A DNA stretch of 64,000 nucleotides. Origin: Sulfolobaceae archaeon. GTDB lineage: Archaea > Thermoproteota > Thermoprotei_A > Sulfolobales > Sulfolobaceae. The DNA lies in NCBI GenBank assembly GCA_038893355.1, contig JAWARQ010000005.1, forward strand, positions 64,001-128,000, in the 5' to 3' direction. Positions within the stretch are counted from its first letter, which is position 1. Each line of letters starts with the position of its first letter. The notes below the pieces were generated by a model that was not told the origin of the DNA, did no database searches, and saw only the letters and a program-made list of their open reading frames with translations. Made by a program: the position numbers and the translations under genes. Of the stretch, positions 11,276-22,281 are shown piece by piece.

Positions 11276-13100
11276 GGCGAGATGCTCTATATTCATTGAT
11301 TATCTTATACAAATCGAGTTTAGAGGATTCAAAGATGTTCCTTTCTTGCCTTAATATCTCTACATCTTCTATTATTTTATTATCTATAATTATAAAATTA
11401 CTACCTATATATTTTGCTATCTCTTTATTAACTCTTTCGTCCATAATATATAATTCACCATTTTCAAATCTTAGCCTACCCTTACTTTCACCATCTCTTA
11501 TTATTAAATAATTACCTCTAGATAAATTCTCTATAATATCCTTTAACTTATCTATCTCAGATTTATAAAAATCTATCTGTAATTGTAAATTTTTAATAAT
11601 TTTGCTTTTATCTTTTAATTGTAATTCTAGTTCATAAACTTTTCTATCTTTTTGAATATCTATATTTATACTTCTCTTTAATTCATCTAATCTCCTCTCA
11701 ACTTCTTCCTTCTCTCTAATTAATTTCTTTGTTAATAACTTATACCTTTCCAGTTCTCGTTTTAATTCAATTAGTTCTCTTTGTTTTTCAGGATCCTCTA
11801 TTATCTTATTCACATTACTTAAGATATTCTTTTTACTTAACTCTGAGTCAAAAGTTTTAGAATCATATGAAATAGATTTTTCTATCTCTTTCTCTATACA
11901 ACTTGAAACTGAATTCTCTTTTGCTATACACTCTAATATCTCCTCTTCATCTACATCTAATTCGAGTCTACTTATTATACTTTGAGCTTGCCTAAACTTT
12001 TCTTCTAACTCACGATATGCAGTAATTGCTGCAACTAATGAGTCTCTTATGTGAGTATTTTCTACCTTTAATCCAGAATCTTTAATAAAGTCAAAAACTA
12101 TTCTTTGCTTTTCGTCAACTGTTAGAGGTTTAGATTGATAATATATTCTTGAGCCGGTAATAGATGCTATTTTCTTTACAGCGTCTGGGACTTCTTGAAC
12201 GTCTGTTGCAATTATAACTGGATACCCATAGTTAGAAATTATATTTACTATATCATCCCTATCAATTCCACGCTTACTCGTCATTAGTACAATATTTCCA
12301 TAAAGGTCTAATGCTGATATACCAACTTCTATACCGGGGTCAATACCGACTATTAATGGCTTTTTCCTTGACTTTATATCACTTTCAAACTTTATCTTAG
12401 TCTTTAGTACTGGCTTTATATCTACAACAACATCATGCCCCTTCATTTTCTTTATTATACCATATAGTGATTCACGTGGAGAATATACTATAAATACTGC
12501 CCTTTCTATTCCACTCTTTGATCTTTTTACAATTAAGTCATAGTCAAAACCATGGGAATCTAGTTGTTCTTTTATTCTCTTCGTTACCCTTAGAACAAGC
12601 CCCCTTAAATGCCTTTTATATCTGTTCTGACTCATCCCGCCTGGACCTAAACTTCTCCCTCTAGATACTATTATCTTAGTTTTAGTCTCAACTGCCTTTA
12701 TCTTAGTTCCGATACCCCGAAGTGCTAAAAAGGCACATAAATAAGCAGTTTTTGATGGAGATAATTTCCCTTGGATATCATTGAAAAAATTTTTTGCCAA
12801 CTCCTTAATATCTTTAAATTCTCCATTTACATATGTTACCTGAATTATTGATAAGTCTGAAGGTAGCAAGGAGATTATACGCCTTAGGACCCTCTCGTCA
12901 CTTCCGAGTTCATAAATATTATCTAAAGCAAGTATAGTAGGCCTAAATTCCCATATTAATCTTATTAGGCGTGCTAAGGTTACTTCTTCAGACTTATATT
13001 CTATCTCGTTCTTATCATTTAGTATTACAACAGAATATTTAGCTTGCTTTATTGAAGAAGGGCTCGAACCCGTTTCTAAATCCACTCCAATTACTCTCAA
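11262..13100 (-). CDS. DUF460 domain protein (RNase H-like domains plus coiled coil)
   Basis: [30 protein letters not shown] and H.RDS motifs; long C-terminal coiled coil; GGTGA SD before TTG. Confidence 0.85.
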   Translation of the reverse strand: MRVIGVDLETGSSPSSIKQAKYSVVILNDKNEIEYKSEEVTLARLIRLIWEFRPTILALDNIYELGSDERVLRRIISLLPSDLSIIQVTYVNGEFKDIKELAKNFFNDIQGKLSPSKTAYLCAFLALRGIGTKIKAVETKTKIIVSRGRSLGPGGMSQNRYKRHLRGLVLRVTKRIKEQLDSHGFDYDLIVKRSKSGIERAVFIVYSPRESLYGIIKKMKGHDVVVDIKPVLKTKIKFESDIKSRKKPLIVGIDPGIEVGISALDLYGNIVLMTSKRGIDRDDIVNIISNYGYPVIIATDVQEVPDAVKKIASITGSRIYYQSKPLTVDEKQRIVFDFIKDSGLKVENTHIRDSLVAAITAYRELEEKFRQAQSIISRLELDVDEEEILECIAKENSVSSCIEKEIEKSISYDSKTFDSELSKKNILSNVNKIIEDPEKQRELIELKRELERYKLLTKKLIREKEEVERRLDELKRSINIDIQKDRKVYELELQLKDKSKIIKNLQLQIDFYKSEIDKLKDIIENLSRGNYLIIRDGESKGRLRFENGELYIMDERVNKEIAKYIGSNFIIIDNKIIEDVEILRQERNIFESSKLDLYKIINEYRASRLKTR

Positions 13101-13108
13101 TGTCTCAC

Positions 13109-13969
13109 CTAACTTGTAATATAATTTATAATTTCATTTAAATCTCTATTTATATTATATTTCTTTTTAAAATATTTTAAGATATTTTGAATATCCCTTA
13201 CTAACATATCAATATTATTCTTTTGAGCTTGTGGCCAATCGATTATAAATATTTTATTTTCATTTATATCATATAAAACGTTATAGGGACTTAAATCACC
13301 ATGGATAATACAGTCACAGTATTTATATGCTATACGTAAAGTTGCAAATATGTCATTTAATGCATCTTCTGGATTTTCTAGATTTAATTCTGTAATTTCC
13401 CTACCTTCAATGTAATCCATAACTACTGCATTATATGCATACCCATAAACCTTCGGCACATTCCCTCCATTTTCAGAAATACATTTTAATGCTTCGTACT
13501 CTCTTCTTGCATTTTCAACTGATATAGAGATCCAGTCTTTTCCTTTAAAATTCCTTAGCCTTTTAGCATTCTTAAAGCTCGACCTACCTATTCTATGGTA
13601 TTTAACTACAACAGTTAAATCTTCAGATGTTTTTGCAAAATATACATTACTTTCCTTTCCTTCACCAATTATAATTCCTAATGATTTAATAATGTTAGAA
13701 CTCGCTAACGTCTTTGTAGCTAAAACATCTAGCCCACTAAAATTTAATCTATAACCAACAATACCATTAGTGTATTTATATATTAGCCTTAATTTAGTTA
13801 ATTTCAAAATTGAGTCTTTTAATTCATTTTCACTCATTTTCGAACTAGCTTTAATTACATCTAGAGGAACTCTTTCATATCTGGTTCTTAATTCATATAG
13901 AATTTTAAGCACTTTGTAATCATTAGGCATTATTAATGCTACTTTTTCCGCTAATGTAGTAACTCTCAT
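13109..13969 (-). CDS. rio2: RIO2-type Ser/Thr kinase
   Basis: N-terminal wHTH; GEGKES, HGDLSPYN and IIDWPQ motifs. Confidence 0.9.
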   Translation of the reverse strand: MRVTTLAEKVALIMPNDYKVLKILYELRTRYERVPLDVIKASSKMSENELKDSILKLTKLRLIYKYTNGIVGYRLNFSGLDVLATKTLASSNIIKSLGIIIGEGKESNVYFAKTSEDLTVVVKYHRIGRSSFKNAKRLRNFKGKDWISISVENARREYEALKCISENGGNVPKVYGYAYNAVVMDYIEGREITELNLENPEDALNDIFATLRIAYKYCDCIIHGDLSPYNVLYDINENKIFIIDWPQAQKNNIDMLVRDIQNILKYFKKKYNINRDLNEIINYITS

Positions 13970-13988
13970 TCTTACTATTATTTACTCT

Positions 13989-15788
13989 TTATTCTATCTT
14001 TATTACTTTATCTATTTCTGACTTACCTGGAAGTGCCCTTATAATTTCATCTTTTAATACACTTAGACCTTTCAAATTAAGCTCTTTAGTTAAGATTTTT
14101 AAAATCTTTTCAGAAAGTTTTGATGGATCCGTATTTCCTGGAACTATTTTAAAATATATCTTGTAAGCCCTATTCTTTACTACCCTCTCACTTCCAACTA
14201 TTACCCTAAAACTATTCTCAATCTTCTCAAGACCAAGATACAATTCTAACTTTACTTTAACATAATTCTTCTTACCATAAATCATAAATGAACCCTTTTG
14301 TAAATATTCACCACTTGGTGGTGATTTAGAAACTTGAGATCCATAAACCCAATATACTTCTATAGAACCGAAACCAATTTTCCATGCCTTCGAATAACAA
14401 CCTGCTATTAATGCTGCATCATTTATATCATCTTCGCTAAACTTACCATCATCTGTCTTTAATACCGTAGCCGCAGCGCCTTGAATGTCCGCATGTAAGA
14501 ATATATCCTTATTGGTCAAGTATTTTTTAACTATACTTTCGTTTTGGCTTATATCCCTTCCCGCTAAAACTAAGAGATTATTGACTGTAAATGACCATCT
14601 ATATCTCTCATACCATTCCCTCTTCTTTATAGAAATTTTAACTTCTTCTTTTTTTTCTAGAATTTCTCTTTCTATTTCCATTAACCTCTCTTGAAGTTTC
14701 TGGATCGAATTCATAGCAGATTTAATCTTTTCTTCATATTCTTTTGCAATTTCATAATAGATTGACGCATTTTTGCCTATAGAGATCTTAGGATCTATCT
14801 CAACTTCTAATCCTTCTAATTGTAATATTATTTTATCTGATTTTATATCTTTTCTAAATTTTTGAGAATTAATAATTTCCTGAACATCCTGCATTTTTAA
14901 CATTAATAAATCTGCGATTTTTCTTGCTTGTTCTGCTTTAATTCTAAAATTAGAAATTTCGGACTTAATACTTTCTATAGTGTTAATTATCTTTTGTCTC
15001 TCTTTCTCTAATTCTTCTTTTAGCTTCTCCTCACTCTCTTTTTTCTCTATTTCTAAAAAATATTCGTCTAAGGCTTCATTATAGCTCCCTGAATACTTAA
15101 TACATCCCTCTACATTAAAGGGAACTATAGTATCTCTAACCTTACACGGAACTATATTACCACTTTTTATATTGTTTTCAATTTCTTCAATTTTTTTCTT
15201 TATTATTTCAATTTCTTCAATTTTACTAATTTTAAGATTTAATAATTCTATAATCTCTTGAGGTATTCCTAATATTTTAGATAAATTTCCTTTTTTAAGA
15301 ATTTTTTGAAAATCATCTTCTTTTAATTCTTGTCGCGGCGGTAAAACATATTTTAAATTAAGCTTTATTTTTCTGTCTTTCATCTCTCTATACTCACTTG
15401 CAAACAATATTACGTCTTCAAGGTTAGTTACTACTAAAACTCCTCTAGGTATTATCTCGATATATATAATATTTCCGTTACTTAAGGTAATTTTGACTAT
15501 TCTTTCTCTATCTATTACTTCTATATTCTGTACTATAGAGTCCCTTACTAATTCTCTTAATTTCATTACCTTAGAATCTAACTCCTTAAGCCTCGTGTAC
15601 TTAGTAAGATGAATTCTCTTACCCGGTTCAATTAGCAGAAATTTTTCTAAATTCTTGCATATTAATCTAAAAACATATACATTTCCGCTTATAGTAGAAA
15701 ATACATTATCAACTCTACACCCTACAATTTCATTATTCATCTCGTAAACAGCAGAAAGTATATCATAATAGTTCATTGAATTCTTCAA
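13989..15788 (-). CDS. rqcH: Ribosome quality-control factor Rqc2/RqcH (NFACT family)
   Basis: DRERI, WYERYRW, GRD..QNE, LHADIQGA, QVSKSPPSGEYL.KGSFMIYG motifs. Confidence 0.88.
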   Translation of the reverse strand: MKNSMNYYDILSAVYEMNNEIVGCRVDNVFSTISGNVYVFRLICKNLEKFLLIEPGKRIHLTKYTRLKELDSKVMKLRELVRDSIVQNIEVIDRERIVKITLSNGNIIYIEIIPRGVLVVTNLEDVILFASEYREMKDRKIKLNLKYVLPPRQELKEDDFQKILKKGNLSKILGIPQEIIELLNLKISKIEEIEIIKKKIEEIENNIKSGNIVPCKVRDTIVPFNVEGCIKYSGSYNEALDEYFLEIEKKESEEKLKEELEKERQKIINTIESIKSEISNFRIKAEQARKIADLLMLKMQDVQEIINSQKFRKDIKSDKIILQLEGLEVEIDPKISIGKNASIYYEIAKEYEEKIKSAMNSIQKLQERLMEIEREILEKKEEVKISIKKREWYERYRWSFTVNNLLVLAGRDISQNESIVKKYLTNKDIFLHADIQGAAATVLKTDDGKFSEDDINDAALIAGCYSKAWKIGFGSIEVYWVYGSQVSKSPPSGEYLQKGSFMIYGKKNYVKVKLELYLGLEKIENSFRVIVGSERVVKNRAYKIYFKIVPGNTDPSKLSEKILKILTKELNLKGLSVLKDEIIRALPGKSEIDKVIKIE

Positions 15789-15848
15789 TTCCTTCAGCCT
15801 TATGCTTAAGAAGTAATAAATTCTAAAAAGTTAAAAAGGTTCTATTAT

Positions 15849-16097
15849 TTGATGAATACTGAAGATAAGATACTTATAGCTAGAAGTATCTTAGGCTTCA
15901 TAGGCGGTATTATCTCTGGAGTATTATCTTTATTTAATATAAACATCAGCTTATTTATAATAATAATAATATATTCTTTATCTATTTTTATATCTAAAAT
16001 TTTTGGAGCCTCTTCTAAATATGATTTATATTTAAGAGGAACATTAGTATTCTTTATATCTTGGTTTTTAATACTTCTCGTTATTTATAATATATAG
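15849..16097 (+). CDS. Small 3-TM membrane protein (possibly EMC6-like)
   Basis: 82 aa; three hydrophobic helices; R..LG..GG..SG and G...F..SW pattern. Confidence 0.55.
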   Translation: MMNTEDKILIARSILGFIGGIISGVLSLFNINISLFIIIIIYSLSIFISKIFGASSKYDLYLRGTLVFFISWFLILLVIYNI

Positions 16098-16101
16098 GAA
16101 A

Positions 16102-16659
16102 ATGCAATCTCAAAAATTTATAGTAGATGCAATGCTAGGTAGGGTTGCTAGATGGCTTAGAATATTAGGTTATGATACCCTATACTCAAGAACTGCAGAA
16201 GATTGGTGGCTATTAAAGAAGGCTAGTGAGGAGAATAGAATTTTAATTACTAGGGATAGGGGGTTGTACATAAGGGCTAGAAAGAAAGGTATTGAATGTC
16301 TCCTATTAAATACTAATGACGATATAATTCTTAATTTGGCTAAAATTGCAAAAAAATACAAAATAGATTTAGATATAAGCATAGAAGCTTCTAGATGTGC
16401 TTTATGTAATTCCGTTTTAGAGAAGATTGATAAGGAACGGTGGAGGTGTAGTAAATGTAAAAAAGAATATTGGAAGGGAAGGCATTGGAAGACAATGAAT
16501 GAGATACTTTTTAAGGCTAGGATGTTAATATTACGAGATGAAAGAGGAGAGCGAATTAGTGAGATTAGAAGAAATAGACGATACGATAGGGAGAATGTTA
16601 ATACAGATAGCAAAGAAGGCAGTATTTCAAAGATTCGGGTTAGAGAAATTAAATCTTAA
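16102..16659 (+). CDS. Mut7-C RNase domain protein (PIN-like with Zn ribbon)
   Basis: [29 protein letters not shown] and C.KC.K.YW.G.H motifs. Confidence 0.88.
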   Translation: MQSQKFIVDAMLGRVARWLRILGYDTLYSRTAEDWWLLKKASEENRILITRDRGLYIRARKKGIECLLLNTNDDIILNLAKIAKKYKIDLDISIEASRCALCNSVLEKIDKERWRCSKCKKEYWKGRHWKTMNEILFKARMLILRDERGERISEIRRNRRYDRENVNTDSKEGSISKIRVREIKS

Positions 16660-17212
16660 TGAGTATAACCACGAGGTATTAAACAAGAAGGGTTTAGCGT
16701 TTGTAACGATAGAAGAGTTAAGCGGGAATACTTACTCACTGAGGGGTTGTATTGGGTTTGTAGATGCAGTAGCACCATTGAAAGAGATAGTGGCCAGGGC
16801 AGCAGTTGCTGCCGCGTTCTCAGATCCACGTTTTCCACCATTAAGTAAAAATGAACTTCCTAGAATTATTTTTGAAGTTACAGTACTAACTAAACCTGAA
16901 GAAATAGTTATAGAGAATAGATGGGATCTTCCTAAATTAATAAGAGTTGGAGAAGATGGACTTTTAGTAGAGTATGGAATTCTTTATAGTGGACTCTTAC
17001 TCCCCCAAGTACCTATAGAGTATAACTGGGATGAGGAGACTTTCTTAGCTGAAACCTGTATTAAAGCAGGACTTTCACCAGACTGTTGGCTAGATAAGAG
17101 GGTTAAGATAAAGAGGTTTAGTGGATTAATTATTAGAGAGATTGAGCCTAATTCATCTCATGTAAGGGTTTATAAGCCTTTCGAAGTAGGCAAAAAAAGA
17201 CCATATCATTAA
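16538..17212 (+). CDS. AMMECR1 family protein
   Basis: LRGCIG, DPRFPP, GLLLPQV and C.KAGL motifs. Confidence 0.9.
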   Translation: MKEESELVRLEEIDDTIGRMLIQIAKKAVFQRFGLEKLNLNEYNHEVLNKKGLAFVTIEELSGNTYSLRGCIGFVDAVAPLKEIVARAAVAAAFSDPRFPPLSKNELPRIIFEVTVLTKPEEIVIENRWDLPKLIRVGEDGLLVEYGILYSGLLLPQVPIEYNWDEETFLAETCIKAGLSPDCWLDKRVKIKRFSGLIIREIEPNSSHVRVYKPFEVGKKRPYH

Positions 17213-17269
17213 TTTAATAAGACAATTTTTTAAGTAGCCTAACGTGTTATAAAAATATAGGGTTATAAG

Positions 17270-17965
17270 ATGTCAGAATATGAAGAATTCTTTACGGAAG
17301 AAGTAAGAACTGCACTTGCTGAAGCACTAAGGGACATGAAAGATCCAGTTGATGTTTATGTATTCATTGACTCTAATGATAGAACATGTAGATATTGTCA
17401 AGTTACAAAAAGATTCTTAGAGTTTATGAGTGAAAACTCGCCTAAGGGGGCTGATGGTAAGTTATTAAGAGTTCATGTAATTGATAAGGCAAAAGATGAA
17501 AAATTATTTAAAGAGTTCAATGTTGAAAGAGTTCCTACAGTTGCTCTATTAAATGGAAAAATTAGATGGACAGGAACGCCTTTAGGTGAAGAAGTAAGAG
17601 CGTTGGTAGAGACTATTATTAGGATTTCTCAAAAAGAGAGCGGGTTAAGTGAAACTACAAAGCAAATAATTAGGAGTAAATTAAACGGAGAAGTATTAAT
17701 AGAAACTATAGTCACACCATCATGTCCATATTGTCCGTATGCTGCATTAATGGCTAATATGATAGCATACGAATCTTGCATAGTAGGTAAGTGTAATGTA
17801 GTTTCTGATATAATTGAGGCATATGAAAACCAGGATATTGCAGAGAAGTATGGTGTAATGTCAGTTCCAACAATGGCAATTAATGGAAGTGTAGAATTTA
17901 TAGGAGTACCATATGAAGAGAATTTAATACAAACTATAATTGAAAAGTCTAACTCGGGACAGTAA
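17270..17965 (+). CDS. Protein disulfide oxidoreductase (two thioredoxin folds)
   Basis: CRYC and CPYC motifs; RVP/SVP cis-Pro loops. Confidence 0.88.
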   Translation: MSEYEEFFTEEVRTALAEALRDMKDPVDVYVFIDSNDRTCRYCQVTKRFLEFMSENSPKGADGKLLRVHVIDKAKDEKLFKEFNVERVPTVALLNGKIRWTGTPLGEEVRALVETIIRISQKESGLSETTKQIIRSKLNGEVLIETIVTPSCPYCPYAALMANMIAYESCIVGKCNVVSDIIEAYENQDIAEKYGVMSVPTMAINGSVEFIGVPYEENLIQTIIEKSNSGQ

Positions 17966-18053
17966 ATACTTAAAAAGAATCTTATTTAGTACTCTGGTCT
18001 TAGATTATGCAAACTTATATGAATTTAAATCTAAAAGGTTTTTGTGAAGAAGT

Positions 18054-18728
18054 TTGAAACATATCATAATAAAATTATCAGATGAAGAGTATAGGGAGAT
18101 AGAGAAAAGGGCCAGAGAGGAAGGATTTGCTTTATTATCTGAATATGTAAAGGCTGTATTATTTGGAAAATACAAATATGAGAGTGGAATGGCTGATATT
18201 TCTCAGATAAGTAGCAAATTAGAAAGAAAAATTCAAGATTTGTTAAACCCTTATACTTCAGAGATACAAGAGCTTAAGAAAAAGATAGGAGAAATTCTTG
18301 AGAGGTTAGAAGATATAGAATCTATAATTAAGCAGAGTAGAGAAATAAAGAAGATTGAAACAACACAGAAAACCGAAAAGCAGGAAGTGAAATCAACACA
18401 GAAAACCAGAAAGACTGCTATGGAAATACTTGAGCAAGAAGGTATTATGCTTGAGTCAGAAATTAGAGTAAAAAATCCAGATATGCTATTTGATAAATTG
18501 GAAAGGCAAGGTGCAAAGGTAATAGAGACAGACTCTGGTAGAATCGCTATACATCCTAAGTTCTGGGAGGAATTTAGTAAGAAGATTTCAAATATACATT
18601 CATCAGATGTAGAAGAAGTTTCAAATAAATTAGACGAGAAAAGTGCTAAACTATTTAGAATATTCGTAACTAAGGGTCTTGCATATTATGACGGGAATTC
18701 TAAAGTTTGGAAGTTTCTTGTTGATTAA
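18054..18728 (+). CDS. CopG/RHH-type DNA-binding protein with coiled coil
   Basis: N-terminal [17 protein letters not shown]...LSEYVK ribbon-helix-helix; central heptad repeats. Confidence 0.7.
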   Translation: MKHIIIKLSDEEYREIEKRAREEGFALLSEYVKAVLFGKYKYESGMADISQISSKLERKIQDLLNPYTSEIQELKKKIGEILERLEDIESIIKQSREIKKIETTQKTEKQEVKSTQKTRKTAMEILEQEGIMLESEIRVKNPDMLFDKLERQGAKVIETDSGRIAIHPKFWEEFSKKISNIHSSDVEEVSNKLDEKSAKLFRIFVTKGLAYYDGNSKVWKFLVD

Positions 18729-19242
18729 ATTTAGGTAATGTTACTCCCCTTTGACCTTGATATTTTCCCCTATACGGGTTTTCTACTGGTGTTAGGGTTT
18801 TTGCGAAAATTAAGTGAAGAAATCTTGTACCTCTCCTTAGCTTTATAGGAAACGATGATCCAACGACCTCAATAGTTAATTCGCCCTCAAATCCTGCATC
18901 AACAATTGTTGGGGGTATGAATAGTCCTAACCTTGCAAAGGATGACCTTAAATTTACAAAGGCCATAATGTCATGCGGTAATCTTACGTATTCTTCAGTA
19001 GTAAGTAAAACATGCTCAAATGGATGAATTATAAACTCCTCACCTCTTTCCTTGATGAAAAATTTTTCCATATCTTGGTGGCTATAAATATCAAATACCT
19101 CATTAGTTGGTCTAAATCTTACTATTTCCTTCCCCACCCTTAAATCAACACCGTTTTCCCTAATACTATCCTCCCTCAATGGCTCAATTACTATCCAACC
19201 TTTCTCTAGGTAGTATTTTAAATCTCTATCCCCTAATATCAC
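18700..19242 (-). CDS. dcd: dCTP deaminase
   Basis: [20 protein letters not shown] and Y.GKYQGQ motifs. Confidence 0.93.
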   Translation of the reverse strand: MILGDRDLKYYLEKGWIVIEPLREDSIRENGVDLRVGKEIVRFRPTNEVFDIYSHQDMEKFFIKERGEEFIIHPFEHVLLTTEEYVRLPHDIMAFVNLRSSFARLGLFIPPTIVDAGFEGELTIEVVGSSFPIKLRRGTRFLHLIFAKTLTPVENPYRGKYQGQRGVTLPKFNQQETSKL

Positions 19243-19330
19243 ATCAATTAACTTACAGTTATACCGTTTTTAAATATTTGGTGATTTAATATAATTGTGA
19301 AGTGTTTCATTATACCCAACAAGAATAATC

Positions 19331-19388
19331 TTAGTCAGAGTAACTCTGAATCTTCATTCTTCTGAATTGCCGGGTTTTCATCATAGAC
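19331..19388 (-). ncRNA. Box C/D sRNA
   Basis: Minus strand reads ATGATGA-aaacccggcaatt-CAGA-aga-ATGAAGA-ttcagagttact-CTGA. Confidence 0.85.
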
Positions 19389-19425
19389 AATAATTACAAA
19401 TACCTTTACTCCGAATATTATTTTT

Positions 19426-21231
19426 GTGGAGTTTAAAATTATTGCTGAATATTTTGATAGGTTAGAAAGGATAACATCAAGACTACAACTTAATTCATTG
19501 CTTGCTGACTTACTTAGGAGAACTGATAAGAATGTTATTGATAAAGTCGTCTATATAATTCAAGGCAAACTCTTTCCAGATTTTATAAACGTGCCAGAGT
19601 TAGGTGTTGGTGAAAAATTCTTAATAAAGGCAATAAGTATAGCTACTAATAGAAAAGAAAAGGAAGTAGAGGATTTGCTGAAGAAGATAGGAGATCTTGG
19701 AGAAGTAACTGCTAGATTAAAGAGGGAAGAAAAGGGTTCTGGTGTATTAGACTTTTTTGCTTCGCCTCAATCAAAACCATTAACGGTAGAAGAAGTTTAT
19801 GAGACTTTAAAGAAAGTTGCATTAACTACTGGTGAAGGTAGTAGGGACATAAAGATCAGGTTAATAAGTGGACTTCTTAAAAAAGCAAATCCCTTAGAGG
19901 CGAAATTTATTGTGAGATTTATAGAAGGTAGGTTAAGGGTAGGTATAGGTGATGCGACAATTTTAGAAGCTTTAGCAATAGCATATGGTGGCGGTTCATA
20001 TACAAGAGAAATTATAGAGAGGGCATATAATTTAATGGCAGATTTAGGTTATGTCGCGAAAATAGTAGCAGAATCTAAGGGTAATTTAGAAAAATTAAAG
20101 AGTATTAAACCTGTAGTTGGAATTCCTGTAAGGCCTATGTTAGCAGAAAGGTTACAAGATCCTCATGAAATATTATCGAAGGTTAATGGGAAAGCCTTAG
20201 TAGATTATAAGTATGACGGCGAAAGAGCACAAATTCATAAAGCTTCGGATAAAATCTTTATATTTTCAAGGAGACTTGAGAACATTACGAATCAATATCC
20301 AGATGTAGTTGAATTTGTAAAAGAGAACATTATTGCTAACGAAGTAATAGTTGAAGGTGAAATAGTAGCAATAGACCCTACTACTGGAGAAATGAGACCT
20401 TTTCAAGAATTAATGCATAGAAAGAGAAAGAATGATATTAATGAAGCTATGAAAGAATATCCAGTTAGATTATATCTTTTCGATCTTATATATATTAACG
20501 GTGAAGATTATACTTTAAAGCCACTACTTGAAAGGAGAAAGAAACTCTCAGAAATCATTAAACCAAATGAAAATGTTGTAGTTGCAGATAGTATAATTGT
20601 AGATAACGTAAAAGACCTAATAGCATTCTTTAATAAGGCAATAGCAGATGGAGCAGAAGGCGTAATGGTAAAATCTATCGATAAAGATTCTATATATCAA
20701 GCAGGTGCAAGAGGATGGTTATGGATTAAGTTTAAGAAAGATTATTACAGCGAAATGGTTGACACAGTAGACCTAGTAGTAGTAGGTGGATTTTATGGTA
20801 AGGGAAAGAGAGGTGGGAAGATTAGCTCATTATTAATGGCAGCCTATGATCCTATAACTGATACTTTTAAGACCGTCTGTAAAGTTGCTACAGGCTTCAG
20901 TGATGCTGAATTGGATGAATTACAGAAGAAATTAGAAGAGATTAGAATACCGAATAAACACCCGAGGGTAGAATCTAAAATTGAACCAGATATATGGGTT
21001 ACTCCAAGTTTAGTTGCTGAGATACTCGGAGCTGAAATAACCCTATCTCCTTTACATACTTGTTGTTTAGGAATTTTATCAGAAGATTCTGGATTATCTA
21101 TTAGATTCCCTAGATTTATAAGGTGGAGAGATGATAAGAAACCAGAAGATGCAACAACTACTACAGAAATACTTGAAATGTATAAGTTAAAGTTAAAGAA
21201 GGTTGAAGAAAAGCCAGAAACATTATCATAA
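19426..21231 (+). CDS. lig: ATP-dependent DNA ligase
   Basis: KYDGER, EGEIV, EGVMVK, WIKFK and SIRFPRF motifs. Confidence 0.97.
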   Translation: MEFKIIAEYFDRLERITSRLQLNSLLADLLRRTDKNVIDKVVYIIQGKLFPDFINVPELGVGEKFLIKAISIATNRKEKEVEDLLKKIGDLGEVTARLKREEKGSGVLDFFASPQSKPLTVEEVYETLKKVALTTGEGSRDIKIRLISGLLKKANPLEAKFIVRFIEGRLRVGIGDATILEALAIAYGGGSYTREIIERAYNLMADLGYVAKIVAESKGNLEKLKSIKPVVGIPVRPMLAERLQDPHEILSKVNGKALVDYKYDGERAQIHKASDKIFIFSRRLENITNQYPDVVEFVKENIIANEVIVEGEIVAIDPTTGEMRPFQELMHRKRKNDINEAMKEYPVRLYLFDLIYINGEDYTLKPLLERRKKLSEIIKPNENVVVADSIIVDNVKDLIAFFNKAIADGAEGVMVKSIDKDSIYQAGARGWLWIKFKKDYYSEMVDTVDLVVVGGFYGKGKRGGKISSLLMAAYDPITDTFKTVCKVATGFSDAELDELQKKLEEIRIPNKHPRVESKIEPDIWVTPSLVAEILGAEITLSPLHTCCLGILSEDSGLSIRFPRFIRWRDDKKPEDATTTTEILEMYKLKLKKVEEKPETLS

Positions 21232-21294
21232 TTATATTTATTTACATAAAATGAACAGAAAAATCTTATATAATGGGATTTAGAAGAAATAAGT

Positions 21295-22281
21295 GTGCTC
21301 AATATATATCCCAATGGAGCAATAGTTGTGGGCAACAACTTTACAATAGATGGACATTGGAATAGACCATTTCGAGTTATAACTCATTTTCACTCGGATC
21401 ATATAATAGAGCTTGATAAGAGTATTAGGGAATGTGCCGGTATTATTTCAACCCCAATAACTATTGATATACTTAATGCCCTAGGTTATAAAATTCCTAA
21501 ATTTAAGGATATGAGAATGGAATACGATATAAAAGTAAAAGTAGACGAAGAGATTATAGAATTAAAAAAGTCAGAGCATGTAATTGGTTCCGCGCAAGTG
21601 CTAATTCGTCTTGAAGATGGTTTAGAAGTAGCTTATACTGGGGATTTCAAGAATCCTGGAAAGGGTACACCAATCTTAAATCCTAATATTCTTATAATTG
21701 AGGCAACATATGGAAAGCCAGGATTAAGGAGGCCATTTAAAGATGAGGTAGAGGTGTTATTAGGTGATTATGTAAGAGATTATTTAGTAAAGGGACCAGT
21801 TAGAATTTATGGATATCATGGCAAGATACAAGAAGTAATGATGAAACTTAGAGAGCAGGGTATTGATGCACCTTATATAGTTTCTGGAAAGATAGATGAG
21901 ATAACTAAAATAGCAATAAAGTATGGTCTAAGAATAGATAATGTATATAGTTCTAGTTCTGCTGATGCTGCAGAGATTATTAAATCTAATTGGTATATTT
22001 CTTTCCATCATTATCTAGAATTTAGTAAAAAACGAAATAATTCAAAGTTTACGGACTTTTTAATAACTGGCTGGGAATTTAAACAGCCCATAAGAAAATT
22101 AGACGAGAGATCTTACATAGTAGCATTAAGTGACCATGCAGATTTTGATGAATTAATTTACTATGTAGATAACTCGGCTGCAGACGTTATAATAACTGAT
22201 GGTGGTAGAAAAAGCTATGCAAGAGAGTTAGCAGAGTATATAAGCAAATATTTAGGTAAAAAAGCGTTCAGTTTGCCTTAA
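21295..22281 (+). CDS. Metallo-beta-lactamase / beta-CASP-like nuclease
   Basis: THFHSDH, HVIGS, YTGD, EATYG and SDHADF motifs. Confidence 0.85.
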   Translation: MLNIYPNGAIVVGNNFTIDGHWNRPFRVITHFHSDHIIELDKSIRECAGIISTPITIDILNALGYKIPKFKDMRMEYDIKVKVDEEIIELKKSEHVIGSAQVLIRLEDGLEVAYTGDFKNPGKGTPILNPNILIIEATYGKPGLRRPFKDEVEVLLGDYVRDYLVKGPVRIYGYHGKIQEVMMKLREQGIDAPYIVSGKIDEITKIAIKYGLRIDNVYSSSSADAAEIIKSNWYISFHHYLEFSKKRNNSKFTDFLITGWEFKQPIRKLDERSYIVALSDHADFDELIYYVDNSAADVIITDGGRKSYARELAEYISKYLGKKAFSLP

